Below, one piece after another: positions 54,155 through 64,000 of a stretch of 64,000 bases of DNA. A program made the translations under genes and the position numbers. The stretch lies in the NCBI GenBank assembly GCA_963820595.1, contig CAWGAO010000005.1, positions 3,853 through 67,852 on the forward strand, in the 5' to 3' direction. The number at the start of each line of letters is the position of its first letter. Position 1 is the stretch's first letter. This stretch comes from Candidatus Tagabacteria bacterium. GTDB lineage: Bacteria; Patescibacteriota; Minisyncoccia; GCA-002779875. The notes below the pieces were generated by a model, which was not told the origin of the DNA, did no database searches, and was given only the letters and a program-made list of their open reading frames with translations.

Positions 54155-55168
54155 ATGGTGAAAGAACAGTCAATGGATATCTTCCAATCTCTCAGAAAAG
54201 ACGCATTTGAGGCCTTAGAAGAGGCCTCGGATTTTGAGTCTGTCCATAAGGTTGAGATAGATTATCTGGGGAAAAAGGGCAGACTTACAAACATTCTGAA
54301 AAGTCTGAAAGATATGCCGGCAGCGGAGCGAAAAGTTATGGGCAGCACCGCCAATGCCTTGAAAAAGGAGATAGAAGAAAAAATTAAAGAGAAAAAGAGC
54401 GAGCTCGGAGAAAAGCCCGCGATTCGATATAAAACCGGCTGGATAGATATTTCCGCTCCGGGGAAAAAGATTTCGCGAGGACATCTTCATCCGCTAAGCC
54501 GAATTACAAAAGAAGTGACGGATATTTTCGAATTAATGGGCTTTGAAGTCGTCGAGGGCCCGGAATTGGAAACCGAACATTATAATTTCGACGCGCTTAA
54601 TGTGCCGAAAAATCATCCAGCCCGAGATTTAATGGATACTTTTTGGCTGAAGCCTCTAGAGAGTCATTTACTTTTGCAGACCCATACTTCCCCGATGGAG
54701 ATTCGTTATATGGAAAAAAATAATCCGCCTTTGAGAATCGTAGCGCCGGGCAGATGCTTTCGCTATGAAGCCACGGACGCTACTCACGATATTCAATTTT
54801 ATCAATTGGAAGGTTTGGTGCTTGGAGAAAAAACAAACTTAGCGAACCTTAAGGGAACTTTGGAAATTTTTTTGAAACGCCTTTTCAAGAACAAAGAAGT
54901 TGAAATTAGATTTATACCGGCTTATTATCCTTTCGTTGAACCGGGGGTAGAAGTTGATTTCAGAATAAATAAAAATAGTGAATGGTTAGAGCTTGGTGGC
55001 GCCGGAATGACCCACCCCCAAGTTTTAAAAAATGTAAAACTGAATCCATTATTATGGCAAGGTTTTGCCTTCGGGCTGAGCTTGGATAGGCTTGCGATGC
55101 TCAAATACAAAATTAACGATATTCGCTTGTTTTATTCCGGCGATTTGAGATTTATCAGGCAATTCTAA
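54155..55168 (+). CDS. pheS: phenylalanyl-tRNA synthetase alpha subunit
   Basis: HPLSRITKEV.., HPARDLMDTFW, and class II motifs 2 and 3 (GRCFRYE, GFAFGLSLDRLAM). Confidence 0.95.
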   Translation: MVKEQSMDIFQSLRKDAFEALEEASDFESVHKVEIDYLGKKGRLTNILKSLKDMPAAERKVMGSTANALKKEIEEKIKEKKSELGEKPAIRYKTGWIDISAPGKKISRGHLHPLSRITKEVTDIFELMGFEVVEGPELETEHYNFDALNVPKNHPARDLMDTFWLKPLESHLLLQTHTSPMEIRYMEKNNPPLRIVAPGRCFRYEATDATHDIQFYQLEGLVLGEKTNLANLKGTLEIFLKRLFKNKEVEIRFIPAYYPFVEPGVEVDFRINKNSEWLELGGAGMTHPQVLKNVKLNPLLWQGFAFGLSLDRLAMLKYKINDIRLFYSGDLRFIRQF

Positions 55169-55175
55169 ATTTATC

Positions 55176-57160
55176 ATGCAATTTTCATACAATTGGCTGC
55201 AATCTTTTTTCGAGAAAAAAATTCCCGAGGCGGAAAAGCTGGCGGATGTTTTAACCATGCATTCTTTTGAAGTAAAAGGGTTTAAAAATATCAATTTGCC
55301 GTCGGGAACGCCGGATATTATATTTGATATCGATGTTTTGCCTAATCGCGCCCATGACTGTTTTTCTCATTTGGGCATAGCAAAAGAAATTTCCGCGCTT
55401 TTTAATATGCCGCTAAAAGTTGCTCCGCGGCCAAAATTGGAAATTTTGAAGGAAAGAGCGGAAAAATATTTGGAACTCGAAGTGCAGAATCCGGATTTAT
55501 GCAAAAGATACATTGCCGGCATAATGGTGGATATTAAAGTCGGCCCTTCTCCTTCCTGGATGCAGGAAAGATTGATGGCCGTAGGCCAAAAGCCGATTAA
55601 TAACATTGTCGATTCGGCAAATTACGTGATGTTAGAAACAGGTCAGCCCTTGCACGCTTTCGACATGAACAAATTAAACCCCCCCACCAAAAATTTTGGT
55701 GGGGGGTAAATCCCGTCCGGATTATCGTAAGGCGCGCAAAAAGCGGCGAGAGTATCGTTACTCTGGATAATAAAGAATGCCAGCTCGATAGCGGCATGCT
55801 GGTTATCGCCGACGATAAAGTGCCGCTTGCGATTGCCGGCATCAAGGGCGGGAAAAAGGCGGAAATAGACAAAAAGACCAAAAATATAATCATAGAATCG
55901 GCAAATTTCGAACCGACGAATATCAGGCTCACCTCGCAAAAATTGGGTTTGCGCACCGGCGCTTCGGTCGGTTTTGAAAACGAGATTTCTCCGAGTTTGG
56001 CTCCGAAGGCAATGGATAGGGTCATGGCTTTAATTCAAGAAACGGCCGGCGGCAAAATTATTTCTGATAAAATCGATTTTTATCCTAAAAAAGTTGGAGC
56101 AAGCCGCGTTTCTTTTAACCTGACCGACGTTTCGAAATTGCTCGGAGTCGTCATCAGCGAAAAAGAAATTATTTCAACGCTGGAACGGCTTGGCTTTGAA
56201 ATCAAAAAGACAAAAGGAGTTTTGGGCGTTACCGCTCCGATTGAGCGCTTGGATATAACAAATAAAGAAGATATCATAGAGGAAATCGTCAGAATTCACG
56301 GCTATGAAAAAATTCCGGCGAAAGTTCCGGAAGGAAATTTGGCGCCGGCGACGCGAAACGATAATTATTTTTACGAAAATGTCATCAGAGGTTTATTCGT
56401 TGAGGCGGGTTTTAGCGAAGTTTACAATTATTCTTTTATGTCCGAAGGTGAGGTGGAAATTCAGAATCCAATCGCCGAAGACAAAAAATATTTAAGAGCC
56501 AGTCTTCTGCCCGGCTTAATAGACAATGTCGGCCAGAATTTCAAAAACTTCAGCGAAGTCAAAATATTTGAAATAGGAAAAGTTTTCAAAAAATCAAAAG
56601 CTGGCATTGAAGAAAAAAATATGCTTGCCGGCATCATCGCGTATAAAAACGCAAAAACCAAAGCGGAGGAATTTTATGAGCTAAAAGGGATTCTTGAAGT
56701 TTTATTTTCAGGGATGGGAATCGACGATTATTGGTTTAGCGGACATCCGGAGAAGACGGCGGAGATAAAAATCGGGGAGAAGTCGGTGGGAACAATTGAA
56801 GAGAATGCGTTTGAAATAGATTTGGATGAGTTAATTCCTCTTGCCGACGAAGAGCTTGAGTTTCGGCCGGTTTCAAAGTATCCGGCCGTAATGAGGGATA
56901 TCGCTTTATTCGTTCCGCCGGAAACAAGAGTGATAGAGGTGCTGGATATTATCGAGAATGCGGCCGGGCCGCTTTTGATAGATACCGACTTATTCGATAT
57001 TTTCGAAGGCGAGGAGGTGGGGGACAACAGAAAAAGTTTTGCTTTTCATTTGATATTTCAAAGCAGTGAAAAAACTTTGAGCGACAAAGAAGTTAATGCT
57101 TTAATGGATAAGATTATCAAAGCGCTTGATGGAAACCTTGATTGGGAAGTCCGGAAGTAA
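55176..57160 (+). pseudogene. pheT: phenylalanyl-tRNA synthetase beta subunit (short form), one frame break inside a palindrome
   Basis: MQFSYNWLQSFF.. runs to 55709. The sequence NPVRIIVRRAKSGESIVTLDNKECQLDSGMLVIADD continues in another frame from about 55707 to 57160. Confidence 0.9.
55679..55706 (+). repeat. C7-ACC-A5/T4-GGT-G6 palindrome inside the pheT coding sequence
   Basis: The sequence is CCCCCCCACCAAAAATTTTGGTGGGGGG. The frame break maps to its homopolymer arms. Confidence 0.9.
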
Positions 57161-59261
<2,101 letters not shown>

Positions 59262-59291
59262 AATTTTATTTTCGGTAAGGGAGAATAGCAA

Positions 59292-59325
59292 AAGAAGATG
59301 CTCTGTAAAGCATCTTCTTATTTTA
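59292..59325. terminator. bidirectional terminator
   Basis: AAGAAGATGC-tctgtaaa-GCATCTTCTT followed by ATTTT. Confidence 0.7.
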
Positions 59326-59343
59326 CGTAAAACAGATTAAAAC

Positions 59344-60135
59344 TTACACTACAATATAACCGAATTTTTCTTTAAGAACTTGATTGATTTTATTTACCGC
59401 TTTGGCGGATTCTTTTTTCTGTTTTCTGGTTGTCGGGCAGCCGCCAATGTACATACAAATAATAAAACCGCCAGTGCCCGCCTTTTTCTTGTCAACGACT
59501 ACTTTTCCGAATTGAGTCCTTAAATTCAATAATTGTTCTTCTGACAAGCGGTTCAGATATCCATTGCATGTGCACGGGGCTTCATGTCGGCATTTAGGTT
59601 TACTTTTTTGATCCTTCCAGCGTATCAGTTCGGCAATATTCGCAATAAAGAAGGCTATATTCAAAATAAACCAAATCCATATTGCTAAGGCGCCGCTGTA
59701 AATAATAATCAGAGCGCCGCCGATGGCCATTATCACGAAACTTCTCTTTTTCGGTAATTGGGTAAGGCCTAAACCGATTCCAAGAAGGCCAAACGAACCG
59801 ATCCAATACCAGATTCCGTTAATTGAACCGGTAATTAACAGCAAAATGTAAGCTATTCCTGTTAGAATACCCACCATCAAGAGAGCGCTATCGCCCTTTT
59901 TGATTCTCAAAAGGTTTAAAGCGCCAGAAGAAGCGATAATGAATTGAAGGCAGTATAGAAGTGGATTATGAAGAAAAAACCAGGCATAGAACATTAAAGC
60001 CAGCGGTCCCCAAACAAAAAAATGATTTCGGTATTTTTTGGAAATTACGGCTACGATAATCACAATCATTCCGAGATAAGCCAGAAGATTCCAAAAAGTA
60101 CTCGTTAGACCGGTAAAGCCCAATAATTCAAACAT
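59344..60135 (-). CDS. hypothetical polytopic membrane protein with a Cys-rich soluble C-terminal domain
   Basis: AAGGAGG SD before MFELLGFTG (ATG 60135). Six to seven TM helices. The C-terminus carries CRHEAPCTC and GGCP. Confidence 0.45.
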   Translation of the reverse strand: MFELLGFTGLTSTFWNLLAYLGMIVIIVAVISKKYRNHFFVWGPLALMFYAWFFLHNPLLYCLQFIIASSGALNLLRIKKGDSALLMVGILTGIAYILLLITGSINGIWYWIGSFGLLGIGLGLTQLPKKRSFVIMAIGGALIIIYSGALAIWIWFILNIAFFIANIAELIRWKDQKSKPKCRHEAPCTCNGYLNRLSEEQLLNLRTQFGKVVVDKKKAGTGGFIICMYIGGCPTTRKQKKESAKAVNKINQVLKEKFGYIVV

Positions 60136-60213
60136 TTTTCGTGCCTCCTTGATTGATTTAGCAAAGCGCCATTCGCTGTTTATATTAACGGGCGTTGAAA
60201 ATTTTGTCAATTA

Positions 60214-60240
60214 TAAAAGGCGCCGCGAAGCGCCTTTTTA
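60214..60240. terminator. small GC hairpin flanked by A/T runs
   Basis: AAAAGGCGC-cgcgaa-GCGCCTTTTT. Confidence 0.55.
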
Positions 60241-60258
60241 GTTTTTATCAAAATATTT

Positions 60259-60432
60259 TTACGATTGTTCTCGCCACTTGTCGAATTTTTCCTTGAGCCA
60301 GTTTTTTGGTTTATCTTCTTTTTTTAGCCGTTCGACAAAGTGCGGCATTTCTGCTTTTGCCGATTTCTTTTGATATTTTTCTTTTTTGTCGCCTATTTTT
60401 TCTTTAGGCATTTTTGGAAATTCCTCTGTCAT
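60259..60432 (-). CDS. possible small Lys-rich protein (57 aa)
   Basis: MTEEFPKMPKEKIGDKKEKYQKKSAKAEMPHFVERLKKEDKPKNWLKEKFDKWREQS*. No SD. Lies between thrS and a terminator. Confidence 0.3.
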   Translation of the reverse strand: MTEEFPKMPKEKIGDKKEKYQKKSAKAEMPHFVERLKKEDKPKNWLKEKFDKWREQS

Positions 60433-60443
60433 ATTTTCTTATA

Positions 60444-62216
60444 TTATTTATTAATAATTATGATTCTACTTTCTATTTCCAGTTTAATTTTTCCGATAAA
60501 ATTGTCAATCTCCATCGCTCCCAAATCTCCTTTGCCGCGTTCGCGCACGGCAACCGTTCCTGATTTTTCTTCCTTGTCGCCGACAACCAAAAGATAGGGG
60601 ATTTTCTGCAATTCGCCTTCGCGAATTTTTTTGCCGAGAGTTTCGTTGCCGTCGTTTATTTCAGGACGGAGATTTTCTTTTTTAAGCAGCTCAAAAATCT
60701 TTTTTGCGTAATCGTTGAATTTTTCGCTTACCGGAATTATTTCCGCCTGCACCGGCGCGAGCCAAACCGGAAAAGCCCCGGCATAATGTTCAATCAATAC
60801 TCCCAAAAATCTGTCCGGCGAACCGATAATCGCGGAATGAATCATAACCGGCGTTTCTTTTTGTCCGTCCTTTCCTGTATATTCGAGGGAAAATCGTTGG
60901 GGCATGTTGAAGTCCAATTGGATTGTGGATAATTGCCATTCGCGGCCAAGCGAATCTTTTGCTATCAAGTCCATTTTCGGGCCGTAAAAAGCCGCTTCTC
61001 CCTCCGTTCGGAAATATTTAATCTTTTTTTCTTTCAGAATATCCTCGAGGATTTTTTGGGATTTTTCCCAAATTTTGTCGTCGCCGAGATATTTTTCCTT
61101 ATTCTTTTTATCGCGCAGCGAGAGCCGGATGAAATATTCCATTTTATAAGTTTTCATCGCCTCCTCTATCACGGAAAGCAGAAAGCCGAATTCATCCATG
61201 ATTTGGTCCTCGCGGCAGAAACTGTGGCCGTCGTCCTGGGCAAAAGCCCTTAGTCGCATCAGGCCGCTTAGTTCGCCGGTTTTTTCGTCGCGGTAAAGGT
61301 TGGCCGAATCGGCTATCCGTATCGGCAAATCGCGATAGCTTCTCATTCGCGCCGCGTAAATCTGCGTGTGCTGGGGGCAGTTCATCGGTTTCAGATAATA
61401 TTCTTCTTCGGAATAATTTGAAACGACTTTGAACATGCTGTCTTTGTATTTTTCGTAATGGCCGGAAATTTTGAAAAGTTCCGCCTTGTTCATTTGCGGC
61501 GTATGGACTTCTTCGTAGCCGATTTATTTTCTCAATTTTGAGGAGTAATCCGTTATAGTTTTTCTGATAAACGCGCCTTTAAACGTGTAAAGCGGGAGGC
61601 CCGGGCCGACCAAGTCCGAGAAAACAAAAAGTTCCAGTTCCTTGCCGAGTTTTCGGTGGTCTCTTTTTTCGGCTTCTTCCTGGATGCGGAGATAATTTTT
61701 CAGTTCTTCCAAAGAATCGAAAGCAACGGCGTAAATTCTGGTGAGCATCGGATTTTTTTCCGAACCTTTCCAGTATGCGCCGGCGATTTTTGTGAGTTTG
61801 AAGCTGACGTTTCTTAAATCTTCGGTAGATTCGACGTGCGGACCGGCGCACAAATCGATAAATTCGCCGGACCGCCAGCCGGCGGGCAAGTTTTGTAAAT
61901 CGTGATCGGCTGTTTGTTATTTTCCAATTCTTCGACAATCGCCAGTTTGAAGGGCTGGTTTTCGAATATTTTCTCTTGCTTTTTCCGGCGGAATTTCTTC
62001 GTGTTCGAATTTAAATTCGGATTTTATAAATTCTCCCATCCGTTCCTGGATTTCTTCCAAGTCATCCGATGTAATCTTTTTTCTGAAATCGAAATCGTAA
62101 TAAAAGCCGTTTTCGATTATCGGCCCGATGCCCATTTTCGTATCCGGACACAAATCCAAAACCGCCATTGCCAGGACATGGGCCAAGGAATGCCGTTTTG
62201 TTTCTATACTAGCCAT
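60444..62216 (-). pseudogene. thrS: threonyl-tRNA synthetase (no TGS domain), 2 frameshifts
   Basis: Fragments are 60444-61493 (class II core plus anticodon-binding domain), 61524-61889, and 61917-62216 (MASIETKRHSLAHVLAMAV..GFYYDF, the editing-domain start). Confidence 0.9.
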
Positions 62217-62290
62217 AAAATAACAATACCATAATCGATTATATTTCAAAATTATTCGCAATTTGGAGAGACTAAAGGAAAAATCTTTTT

Positions 62291-62330
62291 AACGGCTCAC
62301 CCGATTTTTTCGGTTGAGCCGTTGATTTTT
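62291..62330 (+). terminator. terminator-like hairpin at the edge of the AT-rich segment
   Basis: AACGGCTCACC-gattttttc-GGTTGAGCCGTT followed by GATTTTT. Confidence 0.4.
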
Positions 62331-62565
62331 CCGGGAGGGTTGCTAATGTAATTGAGGCTTTTACGTGGCCTTAAGTTTATTTTGGGAAGAGGAGATGGGA
62401 GATAAAAATAAAAATATGGCAAATAAAAATGACAATCGAATGGGATGGATCCGTAATATGGAAAAATTTACCAAGAAATAATTAATAGCCGTTTTTTCTT
62501 TTGATGTAAAGATGTAAAATTTAAATCAGACTAGTTTTAAATTAATCATATGAAAAATAAAGAAT

Positions 62566-63096
62566 ATGAGTATAGTTGTAATAGCTATTGATAAGAATAA
62601 GAAATTATATATAGCTTCTGATAAAGAAGAGAGGAAATGTAGTGGATTTATAACAGATGATTATCGTAAGATTTATCAAATAAAAGACAACATTTATTTT
62701 GGAATGACTGGGGTGTATGAGGTAGGGCTAGATATTTTAGACTTGATTAAAAAGATAGAGTGGGGCAATAGATTAGAATTGATTAAAAAAGTTAATTCCT
62801 GTTTTGATTCTTGTTGTATTGTTGCGAAGCCAGAAAAAATGACGATGGTAATTGCTGGAAAAGACGAAGAAGGATTTTTTATTTTACAAAGAAATATCCA
62901 AGGGGAGATAAAAATTGTTAACGGTTCAGATAACATCGAATTGGCTATCAATTCCACGAGTGGAATAAGTGATTTTCAAAAATATCTTGAAGGTAAAATA
63001 ATTTCTGGTGAAGGAATTAAGGACTCCATAATAAAAACCATTGAATATGCATCAACGATTGATGTAAGTATTTCTAAAGATTTTATTCTTATATGA
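62566..63096 (+). CDS. Ntn-hydrolase, proteasome beta/HslV-like, with Ser as putative N-terminal nucleophile
   Basis: MSIVVIAIDKNKKLYIASDKE..YRKIYQI..IYFGMTG has the spacing of Thr1/Asp17/Lys33 in proteasome-type subunits (here Ser1, Asp18, Lys34). Based on motif memory only. Confidence 0.4.
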   Translation: MSIVVIAIDKNKKLYIASDKEERKCSGFITDDYRKIYQIKDNIYFGMTGVYEVGLDILDLIKKIEWGNRLELIKKVNSCFDSCCIVAKPEKMTMVIAGKDEEGFFILQRNIQGEIKIVNGSDNIELAINSTSGISDFQKYLEGKIISGEGIKDSIIKTIEYASTIDVSISKDFILI

Positions 63097-63152
63097 AGTA
63101 TAAAATTTATGAGTTCGCAAGAGAAGAAATTAAAGTAATTTAATAACGAAAG

Positions 63153-63794
63153 ATGGTCGAAAATATTAAATATCTTGTATCTTTTTTCAATCAGAATGCC
63201 AGCAGAACGGCATTATTTACCGTTGTGCTAGCGATATTTACCGCTATCTATGTCATAGGAACACTTTTGATGTGGTGGGAGATGAGAAAAAATCGACAAA
63301 GATTAGATAGGCCAAAGATTCAAATTTCATTAGAGCCAGAGGCTCGTTGGGGAACTTTTTCGACCTCGTAGTTACAAATCATAGTAATGTATCGGTGTAT
63401 GACTTGCAGTTAGATATCAAGCCGAAGGGGTTGAAGATATAGGCGAAGAAAACTCGAGGATATAAACCTCTTTAAGAAACCGATACGGTTTGGGATAAGT
63501 CGAAAAGTTGAGCACATTTGCTATTGCCTATGTAGATTTTATGCACAGTAACCAGTCGAAACAAATTAGTTTTATTGCAAGATACAAAACTTCAAATGGA
63601 AAGAAAAAAACCAAAGATATGATTTCGATTTGGAAGTTTACGAAGGTATGTCGGCATCTTCAGAAGGTTCATTGAACGATGTGACAAAGCAAATTGAAAA
63701 ATTAACAAACGAGATGAATAAAATCTCCCGATATTATGAACAGAGAAGATTAAAGGAAATCATTTGTGATGATAAAGATAATATCTCTAAATAA
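63153..63794 (+). pseudogene. hypothetical single-TM protein (~210 aa), about 3 frameshifts
   Basis: 63153-63371 (TM ALFTVVLAIFTAIYVIGTLLMWW) continues as FDLVVTNHSNVSVYDLQLDIKPKG, ..FIARYKTSNGKKK.., and ..LNDVTKQIEKLTNEMNKISRYYEQRRLKEIICDDKDNISK* (stop at 63792-63794). Confidence 0.3.
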
Positions 63795-63835
63795 ACTTAT
63801 TTGCTCTATGATCTACGGACGGACGCAGTAAATTC

Positions 63836-64000
63836 ATGGAAAAAAGTTATTATTTAAGATTAAGAAATAAATATAAACCTGATAAAATGAAAAATCATTT
63901 CAGATCTTTTTTAAAGAAACATGGATTTTTGCCGTTGCGTCGCTGGAATTTTTTCAAGATAGAGCATGGCACAAAGACTATTTCCAAAAATAATATCGTA
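63836..64000 (+). CDS. partial ORF running off the window end
   Basis: MEKSYYLRLRNKYKPDKMKNHFRSFLKKHGFLPLRRWNFFKIEHG... is open to position 64000. Confidence 0.2.
   Translation, partial: MEKSYYLRLRNKYKPDKMKNHFRSFLKKHGFLPLRRWNFFKIEHGTKTISKNNIV

Overview
This is a gene-dense bacterial window of roughly 40% GC (judged by eye). Its gene content suggests a small-genome Candidate Phyla Radiation / Parcubacteria-type organism, but this is inference only. The supporting signs are secE-nusG-rplK with no rplA, PolX, endonuclease Q, compact aaRS genes, many small secreted or hypothetical proteins, and no biosynthetic operons. Recognisable core genes are two M16 peptidases, an M29 aminopeptidase, polX, a metal ABC transporter, infC-rpmI-rplT, ssrA (tmRNA)-smpB, secE-nusG-rplK, tmk, argS, ileS, recO, glyQS, metG, tatD, ald, ftsK, recA, rpsF-ssb-rpsR, pheST, gyrB and thrS. 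I found no rRNA, tRNA, CRISPR array, transposase, integrase or reverse transcriptase. About 30-35 reading-frame breaks interrupt otherwise well-conserved genes (endoQ, nusG, argS, dedA, ileS, pheT, thrS and others). Several breaks sit in homopolymer runs, so assembly error is at least as likely as real pseudogenisation. The most striking non-genic signal is a family of at least 12 modular, nested-palindromic intergenic elements that fill stop-to-start gaps, including gaps inside ribosomal-protein operons. A second signal is that accessory genes are bracketed by duplicated 3' ends of neighbouring core genes (argS/dedA junction, M16 peptidase, secE). Other items are a histidine-phosphatase domain inserted in-frame in ileS, a palindrome embedded in pheT, a nucleotide-salvage-like cluster where rplA would be expected, a secreted HExxH-protein operon with a structured leader, and an AT-rich terminal segment encoding a Ser-Ntn (proteasome/HslV-like) hydrolase.
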